The position numbers and the translations under genes were made by a program. Below, piece after piece: positions 26,331-34,242 of a DNA stretch of 41,157 nucleotides. Numbering within the stretch: the first letter of the stretch is position 1; the number at the start of each line of letters is the position of its first letter. Origin of the DNA: a virus; the IMG/VR virus record IMGVR_UViG_3300027754_000048; one strand, given 5' to 3'. Below the pieces are notes generated by a model. That model was not told where the DNA came from. It did no database searches and saw only the letters and a list, made by a program, of their open reading frames with translations.

Positions 26331-27758
26331 TTAATTCGATAAAGGTGCTTTAATTGCTGGGTGTGATTGATAATTACTTAACTGAATATCTTCTTCCAAT
26401 AAACATTTGCAGTAGTTGCCATCTTTAAAACCATTCATAACTGCAATTGCATCTAATGGACCTTCACCACAAGAACCATTTTCCGTTGGCCAAAGCTCTA
26501 TGTTGATGTTTAATGTTGGTAATTGATATGGTTCTCTACCAATCTGTTCCTTTGCTTGTTCAAAGTGGTTACTATAAAGGTGAACATCACCTAAGTTACC
26601 AATCAGCTCATCAGGAACCATATTAACTGTTGTAGCTATAATTTCTAATAGTAATCCATAAGATGCAATGTTGAATGGCAAACCTAAGAATGTATCTACT
26701 GAGCGTTGATTCCAAATTAGTGAAATTGCTCGGTTAGGATATCCATTATCGTCTAACCATTTATCATATGAATCTATTCTGTCAATACTATCGACTTTAA
26801 ACAAATCCAATCTTTCTTTAGTACTCAACTCTCTTGTATACATTTGAAATCCATAATGACAAGGTGGGAGAACCATTTGATCTAATTCTCCAACATTCCA
26901 AGCATTAACCATTAATCTTCTACTATCAGGATTTGTTTTAAGGTCGTTGATTAGGTTTGCGATTTGGTCTATTGGGTTAGAAAATCCCATTCTATGTTCA
27001 TTATTATATGTAACTCGACTCCATTTTCTCCATTGCTTACCATAAATTGGCCCTAAATCACCCCACCTTTCAGCAAACTCATCATCTGTTTTTATTTTGT
27101 TAATAAATTCTTCTTGTAATAATATTGGTCTGGAGGAATCCTTTGGTCTACTTCTTTCAACAATATTTACAAAATTCTTATAAGCATCTCCATCCCAAAT
27201 ATGACAATCATTATCAACTAAAAACTTAATGTTAGTATCACCACGTAAGAACCATAACAATTCAGTTACAATTTGTTTCCAAGCCATCTTTTTAGTTGTA
27301 AGTAAAGGAAAACCATCACTCATTTTATGACGGATCTGTCTTCCAAATACTGAAATAGTACCTGTACCTGTTCTATCTTGTTTAGTTACTCCATTTTCAA
27401 GAATGTCTTGGAGTAGGTCTTGATATTGTTTATCTATATTTTTCATCATTTTGTTTTTATATTTTTCATATTCTTTTAAATAATTCTTATAAGCGTCACC
27501 ATCCCAAATGTGACAATTATTATCAACAAGGAACTTAATGTTTGTATCACCTCTTAAAAACCATAGAAGTTCAGCAACAACACCTTTGAAATAAATTTTT
27601 TTAGTTGTCAAAAGAGGAAATTTACCATCTTTAAACTTATATCTGATGGTCCTACCAAACACACTTAAAACCTTACCATTACGGGTATTCTTCTCCACCC
27701 CATTTTCCAGTACATCCTTTAAAAGGTCTACATACTGTTCGTCTATGTTATTTTCCAT
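26331..27758 (-). CDS. thyA: Thymidylate synthase with a duplicated N-terminal ~103 aa (a complete enzyme begins at 27446/27449)
   Basis: DRTGTGT, FPLLTTKK, ELLWFLRGDTNI, DLGPIYGKQWR, PDSRR, LPPCH, QRSVDTFLGLPFNIASY, GDVHLYSNH; the N-terminal motifs occur twice. Confidence 0.95.
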   Translation of the reverse strand: MENNIDEQYVDLLKDVLENGVEKNTRNGKVLSVFGRTIRYKFKDGKFPLLTTKKIYFKGVVAELLWFLRGDTNIKFLVDNNCHIWDGDAYKNYLKEYEKYKNKMMKNIDKQYQDLLQDILENGVTKQDRTGTGTISVFGRQIRHKMSDGFPLLTTKKMAWKQIVTELLWFLRGDTNIKFLVDNDCHIWDGDAYKNFVNIVERSRPKDSSRPILLQEEFINKIKTDDEFAERWGDLGPIYGKQWRKWSRVTYNNEHRMGFSNPIDQIANLINDLKTNPDSRRLMVNAWNVGELDQMVLPPCHYGFQMYTRELSTKERLDLFKVDSIDRIDSYDKWLDDNGYPNRAISLIWNQRSVDTFLGLPFNIASYGLLLEIIATTVNMVPDELIGNLGDVHLYSNHFEQAKEQIGREPYQLPTLNINIELWPTENGSCGEGPLDAIAVMNGFKDGNYCKCLLEEDIQLSNYQSHPAIKAPLSN

Positions 27759-27780
27759 TTGGTAATTTTTCGTTTTCTAT

Positions 27781-28002
27781 CTAAATTATTTTATCTATCA
27801 CACGTTTAGGTAATATTTTGATTGGAATTGGGTCACCCCCTGTTGTTGACCAAGTGTCTATATAGTAGTGTCCATTAAATTTGTCTGTGTATATTGTATG
27901 TACTACTGATTCGCCCATAAGGTTCATAGATGTTTCCCCAACTTTTAAAAGTTCTATTTCTCCAAGAAATGAGTCTGTATATGTTTTATCTAGGTTGTTC
28001 AT
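27781..28002 (-). CDS. Hypothetical protein with a ThyA-like N-terminus
   Basis: Starts MNNLDKTYTDSFL; ATGA-coupled to the upstream mini-ORF. Confidence 0.65.
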   Translation of the reverse strand: MNNLDKTYTDSFLGEIELLKVGETSMNLMGESVVHTIYTDKFNGHYYIDTWSTTGGDPIPIKILPKRVIDKII

Positions 28003-28112
28003 TTCTTAATCCATTTATTTTTAATTGCAGAGACTCCATCCCATTGAGAAATACAGTAATGTGTGGATGTTTCCCAACTAATCCATTCGTATGTTTTATC
28101 TAAATTATTCAT
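27999..28112 (-). CDS. 37-aa mini-ORF with a ThyA-like N-terminus (not in the ORF track)
   Basis: MNNLDKTYEWISWETSTHYCISQWDGVSAIKNKWIKK*; overlaps both neighbours and fills the gap exactly. Confidence 0.55.
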   Translation of the reverse strand: MNNLDKTYEWISWETSTHYCISQWDGVSAIKNKWIKK

Positions 28113-28383
28113 CTTTTTTTATATTAGTAAAAATGTTTATGGGGTTATCTATAGAAAGTTCTATCAGTTCAAATATTTGATCGATTGCTTCCTCTGGCTC
28201 ATAATGATAAAAAGTTAGAGTACCATAAATTTCAGCAATTCTTTTATAATTTTGTCTTGTTGTTTTTCCAACACTAGATGAAATTATAAAATCTCCATTA
28301 GAATCACCGCTCGATACATCTACAACACCAATGCTATATCCTCTCTTTTTTACTTCTTCATTAAACAAAAATAATCCAGTCAT
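28105..28383 (-). CDS. Hypothetical protein
   Basis: 92 aa ORF in a tightly packed array. Confidence 0.6.
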   Translation of the reverse strand: MTGLFLFNEEVKKRGYSIGVVDVSSGDSNGDFIISSSVGKTTRQNYKRIAEIYGTLTFYHYEPEEAIDQIFELIELSIDNPINIFTNIKKDE

Positions 28384-28388
28384 ATTTT

Positions 28389-28979
28389 TTATATTTTTAT
28401 AAAGTTAAAATCATTTAAATCTAAGTTGATATTATCAAATTTTTTATTTTTTATTTCAAATTTATATTTTGATAATTGGTCTTTACTATCTTCTTCAATT
28501 ATTCTATAAGTAGAATTTATAATTATATCTCCGGGCAAGTAATTAAACAATGTTGAAATGTATTTTAGTAAAAAATAATTAAAAAGAATTAATTTTTCAA
28601 GCTCTTGATTATTTTCAACTAATGCCGTCTTATCACCCAATACAACTTGGTCAGGCGTTTGAACTTTTTTCATAATTTGTCTTTGCTTGGGTGTTCTATT
28701 TTGACAATCAGTTATTTCATTACCTTGACATATACAGTCAGGATATGAACATCCTAAATCATCTTCATGAATTGTTTTAGCATAACGAGTGCCACTAGGG
28801 TAGACTCTTACTTCAAATTCTACTTCTTTACCTTGATATAGATTGTATCCATCCATCCAAGTTTGACTATCAGGATGCAGTAGTAATGAATTTTGATTTT
28901 TCTTTACAATGTTTTCTCCAATGATTTCATCATAAACTACAATCCAACCTTGTTCTGCTTTATGTAATATTCCTTTCAT
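28389..28979 (-). CDS. Hypothetical, apparently chimeric protein
   Basis: MKGILHK..GWIVVY..LHP..GKEVEFE module, then CxxxxCxCxxxxxxxC, then a very AT-rich tail. Confidence 0.6.
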   Translation of the reverse strand: MKGILHKAEQGWIVVYDEIIGENIVKKNQNSLLLHPDSQTWMDGYNLYQGKEVEFEVRVYPSGTRYAKTIHEDDLGCSYPDCICQGNEITDCQNRTPKQRQIMKKVQTPDQVVLGDKTALVENNQELEKLILFNYFLLKYISTLFNYLPGDIIINSTYRIIEEDSKDQLSKYKFEIKNKKFDNINLDLNDFNFIKI

Positions 28980-29215
28980 ATCTTTTTTATTTCCTCCCTT
29001 ACCTCAAACCAATACTGTAGTCGTTCGTCTTGATATCGTGGGTCTTTCTTTTCACTATTTTTACATGTTTCAAGTAGCAATTGTGTTACGTTTGATAAAG
29101 CACATTCTATAGCAATTGATGTACATAGTATTTCTTCACCTACTTCTGTTTCTGATTGAATCAATATGAATCGATATGCATCAACTAAGTCGCGTGCTTT
29201 ATCTTTTGGTGTCAT
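28976..29215 (-). CDS. Hypothetical protein, MTPxxKAxxLV family
   Basis: Start moved to MTPKDKARDLV by paralogy with 29359..29619; ends YWFEVREEIKKI. Confidence 0.65.
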   Translation of the reverse strand: MTPKDKARDLVDAYRFILIQSETEVGEEILCTSIAIECALSNVTQLLLETCKNSEKKDPRYQDERLQYWFEVREEIKKI

Positions 29216-29420
29216 GCTCATATGTTTCCTTGTAATACTGTTCTGCTGATAATGGATTACCTTCTTCATCATATGCTTCATAGCCATAAGCCTCTTCTAT
29301 CTCCTCTTTATGCATCTGATGTGTTTGTTGGAATAGCCCTTCAAACTGTATTTTTTGTTCATGCGTTAAATGAATAGACATACATTCTATTAAGAAATCT
29401 ACACTTGATTGTTTGCTCAT
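29199..29420 (-). CDS. Hypothetical protein, KQ[ST][SA]V[DE][FW]L family
   Basis: Paralogous to 32132..32341 (MHKEEIEEAY..AEQYYKETY). Confidence 0.65.
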   Translation of the reverse strand: MSKQSSVDFLIECMSIHLTHEQKIQFEGLFQQTHQMHKEEIEEAYGYEAYDEEGNPLSAEQYYKETYEHDTKR

Positions 29421-29619
29421 AGTTTTTTATTTCTTGTTTAACTTCTTGGTAATATTCAGTTAGTCCTATAAATCCATGCGCAACAGAATATACTAATATC
29501 TCATCAACTGCAATCAATGCACATTTTTTAGCAAGGTGTGTATCAAACCAGTTATAATTAGGTTCTTGTAGCCTCAAAAACTTTAGTACAAGTTCTTCTG
29601 CTTTTTCTTGTGGTGTCAT
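29359..29619 (-). CDS. Hypothetical protein, MTPxxKAxxLV family
   Basis: MTPQEKAEELV..CALIAVDEIL..YYQEVKQEIK. Confidence 0.65.
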   Translation of the reverse strand: MTPQEKAEELVLKFLRLQEPNYNWFDTHLAKKCALIAVDEILVYSVAHGFIGLTEYYQEVKQEIKNYEQTIKCRFLNRMYVYSFNA

Positions 29620-29622
29620 AAC

Positions 29623-30306
29623 TTATATTTCAAATATATTTCCATGTGAACTTAATTTACCAAACTTACCATCAGTTACAACTGAACCATTTGAATAAAT
29701 GGTCTTGTATCCACTTAATTGCATTGTACCTGCATTAATGATGCTTTCACAATTATGAATGTGACCAAATAATACTAGTTTAGGTTCTAATATCATCATG
29801 TTTTTCTTCATTGCACCACATCCACAAAACTCAAGAGCATTTTCTCTATTATAACTTAAATCCAATACACCTTTAGGAGGACCATGTGATACAACTATAT
29901 CTATGTTTTCAGGAATAGACTTCCACAACTTATCCATCTTATCTCTTGATCTATTATATGCCCAACCTACTCCAAATGATGGAGTATAAGGCGTGCCCCA
30001 TATGTTTAATCCTTCAATGCAGGTACTTGCATTCTCCAAGTACACAATGCCTTTGCTTGTAAAGTCAGCAGGTGTAACTAATCTCTTCTCGATACTTGTG
30101 TCATGATTTCCTGCAACAAATATTTTATGTTTGATAGGAAGTGATGAGTACCAATCAATAAATTCTCTTACCTCAGGTTCATTGTTGTATGGGTTACTTG
30201 GGTTTGAACAATCACCTGAGTGAATAACCATATCAATTCCATCAGGTACCTTTAGTAGGTCATGAAATGTGTGAGTATCACTTATGTGCCAAATTTTCAT
30301 AACCAT
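29623..30306 (-). CDS. Calcineurin-like metallophosphoesterase (MPPED/239FB-like)
   Basis: ISDTH, IHSGD, AGNHD, SHGPP, FGHIH. Confidence 0.92.
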   Translation of the reverse strand: MVMKIWHISDTHTFHDLLKVPDGIDMVIHSGDCSNPSNPYNNEPEVREFIDWYSSLPIKHKIFVAGNHDTSIEKRLVTPADFTSKGIVYLENASTCIEGLNIWGTPYTPSFGVGWAYNRSRDKMDKLWKSIPENIDIVVSHGPPKGVLDLSYNRENALEFCGCGAMKKNMMILEPKLVLFGHIHNCESIINAGTMQLSGYKTIYSNGSVVTDGKFGKLSSHGNIFEI

Positions 30307-30662
30307 TCTTTGTCTTTTAAATGTTTTAAAAATGCTTGTAAGTATTTAACGCCCTTTGGTCCTATGTCGGGAAGTTCATTTAACGATTCCGGATTATTGT
30401 CTAATACACCACGCATCCAAGCAGGGTGATCCCAATCCTCTTCTTTCCACGGCTTACTTCCTTTGTCAGTGAACTTAATATCAATGTGATTATAATAACT
30501 TCCATCATCTTTAAGTGTTTTAGTTGCTTCAATACAAAACTCATCATTTTCAACTACACATCCATGATAGTTTGTTGGATCTAATTGTATTGATTCTTCT
30601 TGTTGGTTTTCTTTAACGTACCAAATACCGTTGATTTCTACTCTGTCCATAACCATATTCAA
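30297..30662 (-). CDS. Hypothetical protein
   Basis: 121 aa ORF in the array; the start is probably an internal Met. Confidence 0.6.
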   Translation of the reverse strand: MNMVMDRVEINGIWYVKENQQEESIQLDPTNYHGCVVENDEFCIEATKTLKDDGSYYNHIDIKFTDKGSKPWKEEDWDHPAWMRGVLDNNPESLNELPDIGPKGVKYLQAFLKHLKDKEWL

Positions 30663-30710
30663 GTTCCTAAAAATATTGGAATTGGACTTAATGGAAGCCC
30701 AATCATAATT

Positions 30711-31115
30711 CTAAGTAGTCTTTTCATTTAGCAAACTTTTTAATCGTTTGATTTCTGCAATTACATCATCACCTAATTCAATTTTAGACATCATTGTTAA
30801 GTCTATTACTTGAGAGTATAACAGGTCAATTAATTCTTGTTGTATTTGAATTGTTTGAACTTCTTCAGTGTGTTCATAAGCTCCATCAGGACCTATCTGA
30901 AAATCATCACTTACATATGGAGGTTCATTTTCAAGACCACCCATATCAATATCATAATGTGCATGATATGCCTTTACAAGTAAATCAGTATCAAATTCAA
31001 GCGGTCCGTATTCATCATCCGAACAATCGAATATAACTTTATTATCTACAAATTTTATGTATGAACGGCGTGACCACTTGGCATCACCGTTATATATTAA
31101 TGTTTCTTTTTTCAT
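30711..31115 (-). CDS. Hypothetical, probably modular protein
   Basis: 134 aa with acidic PYVSDDFQIGPDGAYEH linker and a helical C-terminal module. Confidence 0.65.
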   Translation of the reverse strand: MKKETLIYNGDAKWSRRSYIKFVDNKVIFDCSDDEYGPLEFDTDLLVKAYHAHYDIDMGGLENEPPYVSDDFQIGPDGAYEHTEEVQTIQIQQELIDLLYSQVIDLTMMSKIELGDDVIAEIKRLKSLLNEKTT

Positions 31116-31318
31116 TATTTTTCAGGTTTCCAATTCATTGACCATTTAGCGGCTTGGCTGAATACATAGTCATATTTTTCTTTATTTAGTTCTTTTACGA
31201 TTGATTCTGCTCTACCGAGTATTTGTTGAAGAGTATCAATTACCACCAACATATCTTGTCTTTCTTTTGACATATTTGATATTTGACGGCGGTATTCTTT
31301 TATATCGTGATTATCCAT
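31115..31318 (-). CDS. Hypothetical coiled-coil protein
   Basis: 67 aa, TAATG-coupled. Confidence 0.6.
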   Translation of the reverse strand: MDNHDIKEYRRQISNMSKERQDMLVVIDTLQQILGRAESIVKELNKEKYDYVFSQAAKWSMNWKPEK

Positions 31319-31319
31319 A

Positions 31320-31586
31320 TTACCAAGTTATTATGTTATATTGTAAACGAGTACCCATTCTAAAATCAATTTGATCCGTACCTAAATTTTGTGCCAAACC
31401 ACTTTGAAGACCAATTGTGAAATTTTTATGTCGGTATTGAAAATTACCGATTAATTGCACATTGTTTCTTTGTGTTTGAGTAACATAAGTGTAACCAAGT
31501 TGTGGCCCAAAAGACCAATGCTTTATTTTTTGAGCATTTACGTTGGCGCAAAGCACCAGTAGTATTATTAATATTTTATTCTTCAT
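31320..31586 (-). CDS. Small exported beta-strand protein (outer-membrane-barrel-like)
   Basis: Sec signal ending NA-Q; alternating strands WSFGPQLGYTY, VQLIGNFQY, FTIGLQSG, FRMGTRLQY; terminal Trp. Confidence 0.6.
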   Translation of the reverse strand: MKNKILIILLVLCANVNAQKIKHWSFGPQLGYTYVTQTQRNNVQLIGNFQYRHKNFTIGLQSGLAQNLGTDQIDFRMGTRLQYNIITW

Positions 31587-31782
31587 ATCTTCCCCATTTA
31601 ATACGTTGCCATACCCTTTCGTGAATATAATACTGAAGTGGTTTGTATATTAGTTCTGCTACTGAGAACATTGCGCTTGCCTTAACATTGCCAGATAGTG
31701 CACAAACAACTAAAAACCCAATACCCGAACTTATAAGTCGGTAGGTAATAGTTTTTGCTAGTGATCTTTGTTTACTGTTCAT
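31576..31782 (-). CDS. DUF2061-like small membrane protein
   Basis: RSLAKTITYRLIS...YYIHERVWQRIKWG. Confidence 0.8.
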   Translation of the reverse strand: MNSKQRSLAKTITYRLISSGIGFLVVCALSGNVKASAMFSVAELIYKPLQYYIHERVWQRIKWGRYEE

Positions 31783-31923
31783 AATGTGTAGTGTATTACA
31801 CTTTTAAGTAGGTATAAGTGTATTTTATTGCACTTTTAAGGGGATAATTGCACCATAATTCACCAATTGCACAATTTGTGGCTCACAATGGCATCATATT
31901 GGGCTCAATTGGCTCATTTTTAG

Positions 31924-32020
31924 TACCCTATCAGGTATAATTAACTAAGTATTGACTATATTATACCTTATTGGGTATAATTAACTAAGTATTGACTATA
32001 TTATACCCTATTGGGTATAA
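31924..32020. repeat. 40-bp tandem repeat containing the palindrome TTATACC(C/T)-TATT-GGGTATAA
   Basis: TTAACTAAGTATTGACTATA at 31941 and 31981; palindromes at about 31924 (degenerate), 31961 and 32001. Confidence 0.9.
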
Positions 32021-32128
32021 ACTTTATACTATTTAGTCCCATTTTTAATCTTTATTTGGGACATTCCTTGCACTTATCAGTTGTCCGATGTTTTAGGACT
32101 ACTCAGATGGTTACAAATTGTAACGGTT

Positions 32129-32351
32129 TGCTTAAACATCTTGACCTCCGTATGTATCGTTGTAGTAATCTTCTGCATCTCTTCTTATCTTAGCATCTCC
32201 ATCTAATAGAGCCATTATATAACCTTCCATTATCTGCTCTTTCTCCAATTCAATAGCTTGTTCAATAATATCATCACAATTTAAAGTTGTAATACCTTTT
32301 ATATAAAGTCCTAACCATTCAACTGCTGTCTGCTTAGGCATCTTGACCTCC
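32129..32351 (-). repeat. 21-bp direct repeats (32129..32149 and 32331..32351) flanking one gene
   Basis: Minus strand GGAGGTCAAGATG(TT/CC)TAAGCA, 19/21 identical. Confidence 0.85.
32132..32341 (-). CDS. Hypothetical protein, KQTAVEWL family
   Basis: ATG at 32341 preceded by GGAGG; MPKQTAVEWL..LEKEQIMEGY..AEDYYNDTY. Confidence 0.7.
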   Translation of the reverse strand: MPKQTAVEWLGLYIKGITTLNCDDIIEQAIELEKEQIMEGYIMALLDGDAKIRRDAEDYYNDTYGGQDV

Positions 32352-32455
32352 TTTAGCTGTTTCAATCAATTTAATTAAGCAAGTTCTGCTTCTTCCCCAA
32401 CTATCCATGATTACTCTATTTTCTTTAGTCTTTGCTAATGACCTTTGTTTGCTGT

Positions 32456-32911
32456 TCATAATGTCTTTCTTATTTTGCGACGTACTTCATTACGAAAAGG
32501 ATACCACCACTCGCACTTAAAAAAATTTACCCACCTAAAATGTTCGTCGATATCATCTATGAATGTATCAAGGTAGCCGCTAAGTTCCTCCAGATCAGAG
32601 TCTTGTATATTTTTAGGTTTAGTCATTATATCCTCATGCATCACGGTTCCACGGATTTCTAATTTTTTAAGAATTTTACGTGGATGAGAAATTGAATAAA
32701 AAGAGCGCACCTTTTCTAATAAAAGATTTCGATCGGTTGATTTTATTTCACCATACGTAAGAAAAAGCATTGGAATATCACAGATCTCAAAAGTCTGGCG
32801 ATTCTTTTTTGCTTTTGTAGGCAACTCAAATTGAAGTTCAGTACCTGAAACTGTGCTCCAAAATGTATACCAAATCGAATTACTCCATCTGCTGTATGCC
32901 ATATTATTCAA
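32456..32911 (-). CDS. Hypothetical protein
   Basis: 151 aa; MAYSRWSNSIWYTFW. Confidence 0.65.
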   Translation of the reverse strand: MNNMAYSRWSNSIWYTFWSTVSGTELQFELPTKAKKNRQTFEICDIPMLFLTYGEIKSTDRNLLLEKVRSFYSISHPRKILKKLEIRGTVMHEDIMTKPKNIQDSDLEELSGYLDTFIDDIDEHFRWVNFFKCEWWYPFRNEVRRKIRKTL

Positions 32912-33117
32912 TAATTAATTAAGCCTATTAATAGGCTTATGAATGCGACGACTAAACACAGGATTGACGCTACATGGTAGTGGTGAGACTTTTTACGAGC
33001 CATAACTTCATACCATGAATTTTCTGCATGATATGCGGTATACATAAATTTATCAGAAATTTTATCTAGGAATATTCCAATTATTGCTAGAATACATGAA
33101 AGAAATACTATTATCAT
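32908..33117 (-). CDS. Small two-TM membrane protein
   Basis: Two hydrophobic segments; ATGA overlaps on both sides. Confidence 0.6.
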   Translation of the reverse strand: MIIVFLSCILAIIGIFLDKISDKFMYTAYHAENSWYEVMARKKSHHYHVASILCLVVAFISLLIGLINY

Positions 33118-33539
33118 AGTCGAATTAAAATAAGTTCAAGTTTGGGTCTAATTTGTTTTTCTATTTTAAATGCAGGTTGTGCATAAGTGCTTAGTATTTT
33201 AGCGACAGTCTCTCTTCCAGGAATACCTGATATTTTCCGGTCGCCTAGTTTTTCATCAAAGATAGTTCCACCTCGATCCTCAACTTGATCGATAGGTTTT
33301 GAAAATTCAAATATGATTTTATTTACTGGTGAATTTGATTTTTCAAAATTAAACTGTTCTAGTTTCCAGTCTTTTGCAATAATAAAATCGTGCACCTCTT
33401 TTCCCAAAGGACCACTCAAGATGACTCGATCTGGCCATTTACCAGATTCCATCTTTAGTGATATTAAATTTTCTTCGATTACACTAAATAGATTTAGTGT
33501 AAAGGTAGAATCTTTTTCTTTTGGAATTTTAAATTGCAC
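33114..33539 (-). CDS. Hypothetical protein
   Basis: 141 aa, GTG start, operon context. Confidence 0.6.
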   Translation of the reverse strand: MQFKIPKEKDSTFTLNLFSVIEENLISLKMESGKWPDRVILSGPLGKEVHDFIIAKDWKLEQFNFEKSNSPVNKIIFEFSKPIDQVEDRGGTIFDEKLGDRKISGIPGRETVAKILSTYAQPAFKIEKQIRPKLELILIRL

Positions 33540-33840
33540 GTTGCTTTATGATAAACTCTCCGAATTCATATTCACGATCAATGATCTTGCTTATTCTTTC
33601 GAGAATAATGTTTACTTTATCGCTATCCTTACCTTCAATCCACATTTTTCTGTCACTAGTACAGAAAAAAGTCCTAATTGCTCCATCCATACAGGTAAGT
33701 TTAAAACTATCTACAGTATTCTCTATTATCGAGAAATGAAAGATGAATGTTTCTCTTTCATAATACTCGGGTCGAGCTTCTGCAAATTTTACTAGCACTT
33801 TATATACCTGCTCGGCAAACCGAGTCGGTAATTTTTTCAT
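33529..33840 (-). CDS. Hypothetical protein
   Basis: 103 aa, operon context. Confidence 0.65.
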   Translation of the reverse strand: MKKLPTRFAEQVYKVLVKFAEARPEYYERETFIFHFSIIENTVDSFKLTCMDGAIRTFFCTSDRKMWIEGKDSDKVNIILERISKIIDREYEFGEFIIKQRAI

Positions 33841-33841
33841 A

Positions 33842-34045
33842 TTATCGGATCAAGCCCATAATTTTTGATTCTTGGATTCCAACTACTGCAAAATCAGCGA
33901 TCGAATCTTTGAATTTTTCTTTGAGCAACTCTTCTGCTCTTGAAATTGAATCTGCCTCTACTAGGTATTGTTCAATTAGCTTTTTAACACGGCCAGTCTG
34001 TTCGTCTGGTGTTTCAAATTTTACTCGTGCGAGGTAGTAGTACAT
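33842..34045 (-). CDS. DUF4494-like protein (Bacteroidota-associated)
   Basis: ARVKFE...GRVKKLIEQYLVEADSISRAEE...FAVVGIQESKIM. Confidence 0.75.
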   Translation of the reverse strand: MYYYLARVKFETPDEQTGRVKKLIEQYLVEADSISRAEELLKEKFKDSIADFAVVGIQESKIMGLIR

Positions 34046-34242
34046 TGATCGTCTTTATTTTTTTTAGTTTTTTCTGTAGTAAAATTAATGGAGTCAGTCG
34101 GGCCAATTAAAGCTTCATATTTCAAAATCCTTCTTATGAATTCATCGTGACCTAGAGTTTCATACTCTTGCTTTAATGTTTCTAAGTTTGGCAAATACCT
34201 TTTTTCAAATCCCATACTATCATATACTCCGAGATTTTCCAT
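34021..34242 (-). CDS. Hypothetical protein
   Basis: 73 aa bridging the ligase and DUF4494 genes; start uncertain. Confidence 0.55.
   Translation of the reverse strand: MENLGVYDSMGFEKRYLPNLETLKQEYETLGHDEFIRRILKYEALIGPTDSINFTTEKTKKNKDDQCTTTSHE

Noticed and set aside
26331-27758. Intein or group I intron in thyA
   Set aside because: The extra length is a ThyA N-terminal duplicate plus short insertions; no C...HN splice motifs or homing endonuclease, and the frame is uninterrupted.
31924-32020. Possible mini-CRISPR array
   Set aside because: The two spacers are identical and only 20 nt, and there are no cas genes; this is a tandem duplication.
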